Assembly (NCBI GenBank): GCA_043228905.1
Contig: JBHGNT010000002.1
Span: forward strand, 14,198,001-14,262,000
Direction: 5' to 3'
Length of the DNA: 64,000 nucleotides
Source: Azolla caroliniana
Taxonomy: Eukaryota > Plantae > Polypodiophyta
The notes beneath the pieces are model-generated. The model was not told the DNA's origin, made no database searches, and saw only the letters and a list, made by a program, of their open reading frames with translations. Within the stretch, counting starts at the first letter, position 1, and each line of letters opens with the position of its first letter. Shown in pieces: positions 1-11,300 of this stretch. The translations under genes were made by a program, and so were the position numbers.

Positions 1-166
1 ATTAGTCATAGGGAATATGGAACTCATTAGTTATGTGTAATAGAATATGATTTTATGACACATAGTTAGTGTGTAGAGAGTAGTGGTGACTTTTGACCTT
101 TGAGTGCTCATAGATTCTCAAATGGTGTGTTCACACACTAGACTAAGTTGAGCTTGATTCTTAACA
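1..166 (-). mobile_element. Terminal part of an LTR in minus orientation (same LTR family as 1815-2193 and 47017-47437), inserted into the RT of the host gypsy
   Basis: Ends ...GTTGAGCTTGATTCTTAACA at 166, the reverse complement of TGTTAAGAATCAAGCTCAAC, matching the LTR start TGTTGAGAATCAAGCT at 1815 and 47017. Gypsy RT sequence starts immediately at 167. The other end lies outside the window. Confidence 0.75.
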
Positions 167-1619
167 ATGGCGATGGGGACGTCGATCGGGTTGGTAAGGA
201 TGTGCACCTTACCCCAAGGTGCAACGAACTCCATAGCCCACATGGTAAATGCCATGAACAAAGTATTGGGGGATTGTATTCCTCATATCACAATGCATTT
301 CTTGGATGACATTCCGATCAAAGGATGCTTGGTGGAAGAGGAAGATGAATTGAAAGATGAAGACGGTTGTCGAAGATTCATCGTCAATCATATAAAGGAT
401 AGTGAGAGGGTGTTACAAAGACTCGAGGATGCAAAGCTCACGTTTCCAAGAGAGAAGTCCACATTCGGTCAACCAAAAGTATTGGTAGTAGGACACTTAT
501 GTGGATCTTATGGTTGGAAGACATCTCCATCCAAGGTGAACGCTATCCAAGAGATGAATGAGGAGTGTGAGTCCCAAATAGAGCTGAGAAGATTCTTGGG
601 AGCATGTGCATTCTGTCACATATGCATTCTGCACTCTGCCCATGTTGCTGAACCATTGTATCGCTACTAAAGAAAAGAAAAAAGTTTGAATGGAAAGAAA
701 ACCATACATACATAGTCCAAATGTTGAAGAAACCATTGTTGGAAGCTCCATCATTGCGCAAAGCTGACTACACCGAAGGTACCCTAATATATGTGATAGT
801 GGACAAGAGCCTAACTGGTATTGGATGGTTGATTAACCAAGAAGACAAAGACAAAAATTGGTATGCAATTCCGATTCAGTGCGAAGGTGTTAACCGAAAG
901 ACAAAGAAAGTACACCGAAGTAAAGAGAGAGCTAGAGGGGATAGTATCTGCAGTTTAAACCAATCGTGACTACCTCATCGGGATAGAATTCATAATCAAA
1001 ATTGATTGTCTACCTATTCTCAGGATTATATCTAGTTGTGCAACACCAGATATTGCTATGCTACCATGGATTTCTTATATCAAGTCACTCAACTTGGAGA
1101 TTTGACATATAACCAGGAAGCATAATCTAGTGCCCGGCATGTTGTCAAAGGCAAGGTACGAGGGTGAAGAAAATTCGCACTCCGACAAAGAGGATGTTGG
1201 CCTAAAATTCTTTATGATTTCTTGTGCTCGAGTGGTAGCGGTGTTTAAAGTAGAAGGTTATGAGGGTGAATTCATCGAAATTGGCAAGTACTTGAGCTCT
1301 CTTACAAAGGATGAATCATGGTCAAAGGAGGCCAACAAGTTCTTCTTCAAAGAAGGACATCTATGGAAGTTTCCAAAGAGGAAGAATGGAACTCCACTTC
1401 GAGTGGTGTGCATGAAACAAGATCAACAAACACTAATTGTTGAATTTCATGATAGTGTGTGGTTAGGTCATCGAGGTATATGGGCAACTTTTGCAAAGCT
1501 AAAGGACAAGTATTAGTGACCGGGTGTTTACGAAGACGTAGCAAGCTATGTTGAAACATGTGCACAATGCCAATTTTACTCAAATGGTCAACATAGGAAT
1601 GGACTTCATCCAACATATC
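167..1619 (+). pseudogene. Ty3/gypsy pol fragment of G0 (RT, RNase H, integrase zinc-binding region), with frameshifts and stops
   Basis: ORFs 167-670, 721-969 and 1130-1516 align to the RT/RH/integrase region of element E (ORFs 21421-23013 and 20437-21357), e.g. GHLCGSYG, RRFLGAC, LRKADY, GHRGIWATF. Confidence 0.9.
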
Positions 1620-1702
1620 TATTGGGGACAAGGCCGTCAATGCAGAAGTGCAAGCAACATTCGTGATGAAGAAGAACCTGTGTATGCGCATACGCAAGAT
1701 AG

Positions 1703-1706
<4 letters not shown>

Positions 1707-1760
<54 letters not shown>
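1707..1760. repeat. (GA)n microsatellite within the 3' LTR of element A (shorter copy in the 5' LTR near 7982-8008)
   Basis: Directly visible dinucleotide run. Confidence 0.95.
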
Positions 1761-1765
<5 letters not shown>

Positions 1766-1814
1766 GGCACAAAAGAAAACGTTATATTCCAATTGCAACA
1801 GTTACAAAGAATGA

Positions 1815-2193
1815 TGTTGAGAATCAAGCTCAACTTGGTCCAGTGTATGAGCTCACCTTGAGAGTGAATAGACAGTCCAAGGGTCAAGAGTCACCACTTT
1901 GTATTCTAGCATTTAGTATGAGTCATAGAATCATATTCTATGACACATAACTTATGAGCTTTCACATTCCCCATGCTCCATGAGTTTTGTAGTTAATGAA
2001 GAGAGAGGGTGACTATATAAAGCACCCTCCTCCCACCTCGTATAATGTTGAGTCTTTCTCCTTTGTTAATATACTTTACCTTGCGTATTCTCTGTGTCTT
2101 ACTCCTTGTCTCTCTCTCTCACTCTCTCTCTCTCTCATACACACATAACTCAAATTTCTTCCGCTTCACAAGAATCATATCTGATTCTTTACA
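1815..2193 (+). mobile_element. Solo LTR J inserted in the 3' LTR of element A
   Basis: TGTTGAGAATCAAGCT...GATTCTTTACA with TG..CA ends, a perfect 5-bp TSD AATGA (1810-1814 / 2194-2198), and TATA-like CTATATAAA near 2013. Termini resemble the LTRs of element K. Confidence 0.92.
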
Positions 2194-2260
2194 AATGAAA
2201 ACCAACAACAACTTAAAGGTTACAAGGTCACTTTATATAGTGACTATCTTAGGGCAATTG

Positions 2261-2516
2261 CCCTTTATGCTATTTACAGAAATAGCCCAACTTTGGTTGT
2301 CCAAAGGGACAGTGTGAATATGGCCATTATACACTCGAATTCGACACTCCCCCGTAATGGGCGTATACATGGGTTATCTAAAAAAATTTCCCTTTATGCT
2401 ATTTACAGAAATAGCCCAAACTTCGGCTGTCCAAAGGGACAGTGTGAATATGGCCATTATACACTCGTATTCGACACTCCCCCGTAATGGGCGTATACAT
2501 GGGTTATCTAAAAAAT
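2261..2516. repeat. Tandem duplication (~130 bp) spanning the PPT/U3 junction of element A
   Basis: CCCTTTATGCTATTTACAGAAATAGCCC...TCGACACTCCCCCGTAATGGGCGTATACATGGGTTATCTAAAAAA occurs twice, starting near 2261 and 2390. Confidence 0.9.
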
Positions 2517-2719
2517 TACAGGTATATACAAGGTTTATCGAACAGATCGGTTTTGTTAGAGTCGGCAAGATTTAAAGATAGAAGACCGAACCGGTCGGGT
2601 CAGAAGAGTTGAAGTCGATCCTCAAGGAACCGATGTCGGTGGTCTGAAACCATCCTGTGTTGTGTGTCCGATTTTAACCGGACCGATTTTTTGTTACGCC
2701 CATCTGGTGTCGAAGGGAC

Positions 2720-5700
2720 CGGAAACGATCCGTCGAAAGACACTTGGTCATTCCATCTGCGACATTATTGGTTGTGGATATTTTTTCTATCGGTTGTGGA
2801 TATTTTCTTGAGACCAATTTTCCCTGAAATGACGCAGTCCCGAACGAAGTGATATCGAATATTGATATGCTTGGAGGCGTTGTGGTGAACCGGATTCTTT
2901 TGACAAAGCAACAACACCCTGATTGTCGCTATAGACAACTCGAGCCGAGTCGGAGTCGACCTGTCGAAACGTGTGCGCTAGCCGATCGAGCCATAAAGCT
3001 TCTTTTGCCGCGTCAGACGCAGCTACATATTCCGCTTCGGTCGTTGAGGTGGTTGTGCACTCCTGAAGTTTCGACTTCCATGAGATTGCTCCATTTCCAA
3101 ATTTGAAAAAGTATCCGGTTGTTGATTTCCAACTATCCATGCAGTCGGCGAAGTCCGAGTCGGTGTAACCGACTACGCCTGAGGTTGAGTTCGGGCCGAA
3201 AAGAATGTCGTGGTCTTTTGTGCCAGCTAGATATCTGAACACATGCTTGACTGCGTTCCAGTGCAATTGGCCGGGGTTGTGCATGAATATGCTGACGACT
3301 CCTACAGTGTGAGAGATATCAGGTCGTGTTGCGACCATCGCGTACATAAGGGAGCCAATTGCCGGTGCATATGGTACCGACTTCATATCTTCCCCCTCTA
3401 GACCGGATGTTGGGCAATCTCGCTGAGACAGCCGAAGGTTAATGGGGAGCGAGGTCGAAACAAACTTGGCCAAGTGCATGTTGAAGCGTTCGAAGACAGG
3501 TCTGATGTAGTCAGTTTGAGACAGGAAAAGTTGTCGTTTATCGCGATGCCGACTAATCTTCATACCAAGTATGTGTCTTGCCGGACCGAGGTCCTTCATG
3601 GCAAACTTCAACCGCAGTTTCTGAACGAGTTCGGTGAGCTCTCCGGCATGCCGACCGAAGAGTAGCATGTCGTCCACGTAGATGATGCGGAAGACGGGAG
3701 ACCCGTCTTGAGCTATTTTGGTGAAGAGATAGTGGTCCTCATCGCTCTTTGAGAAGACGACCGATTGGATGAAGTCGTCAAACTTCTTGTACCACTGTCG
3801 GGGTGCCTGTTTCAGGCCATATAAGCTCTTCTTGAGTCGGCAGACTAGATGTTCCTAGCTAGATGCCACAAAGCCTTTCAGCTGCTCCATATAGATTTCC
3901 TCCTGTAGGTCACCATGGAGGAATACCATTTTTACATCTAGCTGAATCAGCTCCAAGTTGTCGGCGGCCACGACACCGAGCATGAAACGAAGGGTTATCA
4001 TTTTCACCACTGGTGAGAAGATTTCATCGATTCTTCGGTAATTCAACCAAGTCCCAAGTTTTGTTTGCCTGAATGGAGTGCATTTCCGACTCCATCGCCA
4101 GATGCCATGTGGCTGAATCGGCAGATGCCGATGTTTCTTCATAAGACGTCGGTTCGCCGGCGTCGATAAAGAAAATTTTGGGAGAGTACCTCTCAAGAGG
4201 TTGCGACAGTCTCTCGGATATATGAGGTATGACTGGAATAGTCGGATGGTCGGGAGCCGAGCCATTCGATTGTGCCGAATCGGTGGATTCGGTGCGAGAG
4301 TTGTCGGTTACCCGTGAAACCAATCTCGTGTTGTGGGTTGGGCTGTCATGAAGGGTTGGCACCTTGGAAAATATTACCCTTCGAACTTCAATAGGACTTT
4401 CGGCCGTTTTATGCATAGTTGACTCATTGAACACGACGTCCGAACTTCGGACGATTTGTCTGTGCTCGGGGTCCCAGAGTTGGTATTTGATCTCGCCGTT
4501 GGGTCCATATCCAAGGAAAACGCATTTCCTTGATCTTGGTTCGAGTTTCCGGTGATTGTCTTTCAGTATGAGAGCGTATGCCTCGCAACCGAAGATCCTC
4601 AGCTTGTCATAATTCGGCTTACTGCCGGTCCATATTTCCTGAGGTATTTGAAGTTCTAGAGGTCTACTTGGCGATATATTTATTATGTGTACTACCGTAA
4701 GTAGAGCCTCCGCCCAGAAGCCATCCGATAGTCCAGAGTGTTGGAGCATGGATACTATGCGTTCTTGAATCATCTAATTCATGTGTTCAGCAATTCCGTT
4801 CTGCTCCGGACTATAAGGTTCCGTATATTCACGTCAAATGCCGCGTTCCCGGCAAAATTTGACGAATTCTTCAGACTTGAATTCTCCTCCATTGTCGGTT
4901 TGGAGACATTTCAGTTTCCGACCGGTCTGATTTTCGACCATTGCAAGCCATTCAAAGAAGATCGAGAACACCCGATCTTTGGTTCTAATGGGGTAAGCCC
5001 ACACCTTCCGAGTCGAGTCATCAATAAAACTGACGAAGTACAAAGCACCGCCGAGAGACTGATGTGGCATCTGGCCACAGATGTCCGAATGGACCAAATC
5101 GGATGTCGGGTGTGATGTGGCTACCTGTTTGCCATACTGGCAATGCTCGCAGAATTGGTGATCCGAGAAGGAGAGTTTAGGGATGTAACTGATAGGAATA
5201 CGCTGACCTAAGCTATGCACAGCCACAACTGAGACGTTTGGTCAATCACAGAAAACAGGGATGTGGAGAGATGTATCTACACACGAAACAGTAAAGAAAA
5301 AACTGCACTAGATGTTAACGTGGAAAACCCAAATATGGGAAAAACCACGGCAGCCCTCAGATTGCAAAATATCACTATATCAAGATTACAACAATGGGGC
5401 ACAGAGGCAACGACCTCTTGCTCCCTCGCTTCGCCACTAGGCGGTTACAACAGAGGCAACAACCACTTCATCTCTTGTCCTCTCTCTCTCTCTGTACATA
5501 GTTACGCTCAGAATTATCGCTACAACGATAATCACACAACCAACTCTTTTTATTACAATCAAGTTTTCCCTAGGTCATATTTATACTAATATGACTTTCA
5601 GGTTATTTACAAATATAGCCCCAGTGGGCTCTTTGGAACATATTTACATATATGTCCCTTCATCCAGTAAGAGGTTCTCACCAGGCCTACAACATCCGGC

Positions 5701-7210
5701 GTTGCCGGGTACTCCTCATCCGGTTCTCACCGGGTCTTCCGTTGCCGAGTACTCCACATCCGGTTCTCACCGGATCTTCCGTTGCCGGGTACTCCACATC
5801 CGGTTCTCATTTCCCATCCGGAGAGACCTATTTCCTAACAGTAACCGGCTTTGGATAGGTGCGTTATGCCGACCTTGCTGAGGTGTCCAAGTCGTCCATG
5901 CCATAACGATGACATGGGGATATCAACCAAAAATAAGCCACCCTCTTTGAGTGTGACATATAAAGGGTACAAGGAATGTACCTTTGGTCCTCGAGCAAGC
6001 AGGAGATTCCCTTTGTGGAGTGTCCACCCTCCTGATGAGAATCCGGCATGGATGCCGGCTTCGTCAAGCTGTCCGACTGAGATCAAGGGTCTTGAGAGCT
6101 CAAGAACGTGTCGGACATTGTGTAGTACTAGTGTAGAGCCACCCAGAAGGTTGAGCTCTACGGTGCCGATTCCGATTATAGCACAATGTTGTGAGTTTCC
6201 AACTCGAACTGAGTCGGAGTGCCGGTCTGAGTATTGCCGAAACTGAGATCAGTGAGGTGTCACATGATACGATGCACCCGAGTCCAGGAGCCATGTGCTC
6301 GATTCCTCAGTCGTAAGCAGAACTTCTGATTCAACTGGGTTCTCTATGGACAATATGTTTGGGTCGGTCGTCAAATTTTCGGCTGAAGAGCCGATGTAGT
6401 TGACCTCCTCATGCCGGCTACTCTTCTGATCTGCTCTCTGAGCTTTGTCGGTTTTTGCTTTGAGTGCCCGGTAGTTGTCTTTGATGTGTCCCAATTTCTT
6501 GTAGTAGTTGCAAATTCAGTTGTCCCGAGATTTGCTCCGGCTTCGCTGATCGTTCGGCGGTCGGGAAGAACTTCTTCCCCGGTTGTTCGATCGGTTGTTC
6601 GATCGGTCGGTCGAACCTTGTACTACGTAAGCTTCATCTGCCAAGTCTTTGGCAAAAGACTTTCTCCAAGTTGCTTCAGTAAGGATTGCGCTCGTGACTT
6701 CGGAGTACTTGAGGGTAGTTGTTGAAGCATTGCACACATGAAGAGGGGAGACTACTCATGAGTATCATTGCTCTGAGTTCATCCTTGATTGCCGTCCCCT
6801 GAGACGAGATTTGGGAGCTTATGCTTTCATACTCGTTGAGGTGTGCCTAAACCAAATCGGATTCTTTCATCCGCAAGCTGTAGAGGCGCCGGATCAGATA
6901 CATCTTTGTTGCCACGACCTTCTTTTCATACGTTTCCGACAGTGTTCTCCAACGTTCAAAAGTTGTCGTGCATGATTGCACTGTGAAGTACATTGACTCC
7001 AACAAGTGCATCCGAATTGTGGCGCGGACAATTCTGTCCAGCTTTTAGCCACTCATTTGCCTTGTATGCTTCTAGAGGACTTTCATTCTCAATCAGGTCT
7101 ATCTGACCCTTGACTATAAGATAGTCCTGCATTTGTTCTTTCCAAAAGTTGAAGTTTGAACTGTCGAACCTCCTTAGACTCATCTCCGATGAGCCAGATG
7201 TTGATGCCAT
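2720..7210 (-). pseudogene. Copia gag-pol polyprotein of element A, disrupted
   Basis: gag (RFDSSNFNFWKEQMQDYL), protease (WLLDSGASYHVT), GAG-pre-integrase (LWHGRLGHLS), integrase (VHSDICG, TDNGGEF), RT (QLDVKMVFLHGDL, DDMLL) and RNase H (YTDSDFA, STTEAEY). Confidence 0.9.
5190..5840 (-). mobile_element. Solo LTR L (related to the LTRs of elements B and H) inserted in the pol of element A
   Basis: TGATAGGAA...TTCCTAACA with a perfect TSD GTAAC (5185-5189 / 5841-5845). Shares ACGTGGAAAACCC...AAAACCACGG and TATTTACAAATATAGCC blocks with the B LTRs. About 40-bp tandem repeats at 5690-5810. Confidence 0.92.
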
Positions 7211-7977
7211 CTGCTTCGGTTTCGGTTGGTAAGACTCGGTTCGGAGTTGACTACGAACCTTAGTGGGGTGTAGCCAGTCGGCTCACCCGATATCATTCTA
7301 GTCGGTTTTGAACCCGAGTCGGTTTGGTTTCAGATACTTGTTGCTGAACTTGCTCGGAGTGACTCCGGTAACTTGAGGATCAGAACCGGCTGGTCTTCCC
7401 GAATGTTGCCGAGTTGGAGTGAGCCCGGTTAGCTTCTGATCGTATGCCGAATACTGATTACACGAAACCAATTGTTTGGGCCAATTCTGCTTTAGATGAC
7501 TACATCGATGAGAGGGACGGATCCAACTGATCCTCCCGAATGTCGATCAGCCGAATGAAGCACGAATTTGGTTGTTTCCAGGAGACCAATCTACAGCGGA
7601 TGGTTACAACAAGTGGGTGAATAGCGTCCGGTGACTTATTTGGATGTTGTTTAACCAAATGAAGCACGATTGGATCGGTTGTTGCTCAAGAAGCTCCCCT
7701 CAAGTGGTTACAATCACAGGAACAGAGTACAGCCGACTGGCTTACTCCAATTTGTGATTTAACACATTGAGATGCGGGCTCTTTGTTTTTCTTCTCCTTT
7801 CTCTATTTTTCAAAGAAAACAAAAACGGAATGTTGTATGGTGTACTATGACAGCCGGCAGCAGGTTGAAGAACCTCTAACACTCTGATACCAAATGTTGG
7901 GGACAAGGCCATCAATGCGGAAGTGCAAGCAACATTCGTGATGAAGAAGAACCTGTGTATGCTCATAAGCAAGATAG

Positions 7978-8012
<35 letters not shown>

Positions 8013-8317
8013 GGCAGACAAAAAAGCGTTATATTCCAATAGCAATAGTTACAAAGAATGACAACCATCAACAACTTAAAGGTTACAAAGTCACTTTATA
8101 TAGTGACTATCTTAGGGAAACTGCCCTTTATGCTATTTACAAAAATAGCCCAAACTTGGGCTGTCCAAAGGGATAGTGTGAATACGGCCATTATACACTC
8201 GTATTCGACAATATTCATTATCAATGAATTATAAGTGGTTGGTAGACATAGTGTTTATGGCGATGGAATTGTGGCAAATGAGATACCCTGTGCTACCAAG
8301 AGAGATTTGTAAGGAAC

Positions 8318-11300
8318 TGTTGAGATACAAGCTCAACATTGGCCGGATTGGTGCGTAAACCAGAGTGCAAACCAGTGCGCAACAAGAGGTCGGATCGGTA
8401 CGGAAACCGGGAGGCCGTTGAACAGATATTCCGCAAGGGAATATATTTGGGAGTTAGTGTAGGAGCTCAGTTATGAGCATTGAAGTATGTATCAGTACTT
8501 CTGTCAGTTCATATGGACTTGTATAAAAGTGCTCCCTGTGCACATCCTATGAGTTTTACACATTTTTTGAATTCAGTTTCTTCTGTGTGTTATTTTTTCC
8601 CTCTCTATCTCTCTCGCGTACATCGTGTCTTAAGCTCTCCATTAAACCTGTTGTTTCCTCCTGTTGGTATTATGTGTGTCATATAGCTTCCACACGTTAC
8701 GTTTTTCATGGTATCAGAGCACGAGGATTGAGGACCTCTGCAGCCGACTTCAGCTCAAAACACACACAAAAAAAACTAATCTCGATGAAGAACAGAAAGA
8801 AAAAAATGGATAGAGGTATGGCTAGTTTGCTTCCAACTAAGAAGCTCGACAGAAGTAACTACGCATCTTGGTCGTACAAGATGCACCAGTACCTGCGCAG
8901 ACATGGATACTGGAGCTATGTCAATGGAGGGAGTGATGCGGCACCCGAATCGACACAGAAAGACTTCTCGGCCTGGGAACATTTGGCGAGCAGAGTTCTC
9001 TACTGCTTTGCGTCCTATGTGAGCGAACAGCTCTTGAGCTACATTCGAGATGCAAGAATGTTGAAGGATGCTTGGGGGAATCTGAAAAAGATTTTCGCTG
9101 CAAGCACCACAACCAAGAAGCTCCAACTCCGACAGGAGTTGAGCACTGTGCGTCAACACGACATGACGGTGGCTGACTACACCTCCAAGATAAAGGATAT
9201 CTGCGATTCCCTCGTCTCCATTGATGTGAACATTGAGGAGGGCGAAATGGTGCATATCTGCCTCAGAGGATTGGCGTCAAAGTTCGGAGCATTTTGAACT
9301 GTTGTTTGTACAAGGGAGAATATGTCGTCATTTTTCGACTTGTAGTCGATGCTCCTTGTAGAGGAGGATCACGCAGTTGCGTCAACGAGTACGCACGCCA
9401 ACAACAAGATGTTGTACTTGGAGGGAAATAGGCCCCGTGGTCGTGGCGGACGAGGCGAGTCGACGTGCAATGGAGGCGGCCGGCGAGAGCAAGGAAGAAG
9501 GCATTGTGGTGATGTCGACAGCAATTTCAGACCCTCCGGAAGTAGGGGGAGTCGAGGAGGCAACGAGAATCGGCAAGGGAAACACGTTGCGGAATGTTGG
9601 CATTGTGGCAAGAAAGGCCAGAAGGAGAGCAAGTGTTGGAAGAAGCACACCGATTCGGAGAAAACCGAATCCGGATTCGGACCGACCGAACAAGGAAATG
9701 GGCAGCGGACGCACTACGCCAAAGGATCCGAAAAAGTCAGAAAGGGGGCAGCCTTCGTGACAAGACACGAAGCGAACTCAATGAAGAAGACCACCCCGAA
9801 ATCGGACGAAGTGTGGTACATTGACTCCGGAGCGTCAAACCATATGACGAACCATAAAGAGTGGTTCTCATATCTGGAAAAACCGGAAAAACTGGGAGTA
9901 GTCGCAACAGGAGACGACACTCCGCATCCGATCGTACATGTCAGTGAGGTTCCCCTCAACCACATTGGGCAAAACGGGAAGCTAATGAACGTGCTACACG
10001 TCTTGACAATTACGAAGAATCTGGTGTCGGTCGGACAAATCGTCGACCAAGGGATGCAAGTCCGGTTCACGCATCTTGGGTGCTTCATTGAGGAAGAAGG
10101 CCAAGTTATTGCGCAAGGGCGTAGAGATGGGAGGATGTTCATCCTCGACACCAATGACATAGGCATCACCATGTTCACGAAAGGGCAAAAAGTCGAGTCA
10201 GATATCGACTTGTGGCATAAGCAGATAGTCCACGTCAACTACCAAAGGCTTCAGGACCCGCAATCAAAACAAGTTGTGTTCAGATTGCTGAAATTCAGTG
10301 GTTGAAAGGCCCAAATTTGTGAAGCCTGCTAGCTAGGGAAGCAACACCGACTTCCTTTCCCAAACGAGCATAGTCGGAGCCGGAATAAGCTCGACTTCAT
10401 ACATTCAGATGTATGGGAACCAGCACAGAACGTGAGTCTTGGCAGGAGTCGATATTTCGTCTCCTTCATCGACGACTACACCTGACACACATGGATCTAC
10501 CTCATCGAAAAGAAGAGTGAAGTCTTCGACTGTTTCCGGAACCTCAAAAAACTTGCCGAAAGGGAAACTGGGAGGAAGATCAAGTGCCTGCGGTCGGATG
10601 GCGGAAAAGAGTACTTTTCCGGCCAATTCAACAGTTATCTGCAACAAATGGGAATTCGACGCGAATTCAGTTGCAGGTATACGCCGGAGCAGAACGGCGT
10701 AGCCGAAAGGAAGAATCGGTCGGTTGTGGAAGTAGCGCGAGCAATGTTGGAAGAACAGAGCATGCCCAAGTTCTATTGGGCCGAAGCGGTCCGAACCACG
10801 GTCTACATCCAGAATCAGATCAGAGAAAAAGTGTCAGCACATGAGCTGTATTTCAGAAGGAAGCCAAATCTATGACACCTGAGGGTTTTCAGTAGCATCG
10901 CGTATGTGCATGTGCCGAAGGAGAAGCGGAGGAAGCTTGACGCAGAAGCCGAGAAGTGTATCTTGGTCAACCACTTGGACGAACAAAAGGGTTATAAGTG
11001 TTATAAACCCCGAACCAAACAACCTCATGTAAGTCGCGATGTTGTGTTCGATGAGTCCGCGTCTTGGTATTTGTCTCCGACTCTGGACCTCAACTCCAAT
11101 CCGAGTTTTGAAGATGAGTTCAGCGAGAGTGAGATGGATCCTGATGAACGCGAAGTCGGAACTCTTGAAGAGAGTCCAATCTCATTTCTCCTACTGGACT
11201 GAATGAGCGATTAAGTCGGTTTGACCAATCAGATGAAGAGTCGGCGAGTAGTGGAGACTTGGTTTCCACGTCGTAAGCCGAAGAGACGGCTTATGCACAA

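Larger units (their letters stand above)
1620..8210 (-). mobile_element. Element A: full-length degenerate Ty1/copia retrotransposon (5' LTR 7895-8210; 3' LTR 1620-2346, interrupted by a solo LTR)
   Basis: Paired LTRs containing a (GA)n tract. The Met-tRNA PBS TGGTATCAGAG is at 7882-7892 on the minus strand, and the PPT reads CTCCCCCG on the plus strand at 2347. TSD is ATATC/ATATT (one mismatch). Domain order is copia-type. Confidence 0.92.

Noticed and set aside
1347-1950. ORFs with ERERER or SLSLSL runs
   Set aside because: Translations of the (GA)n microsatellite in an LTR.
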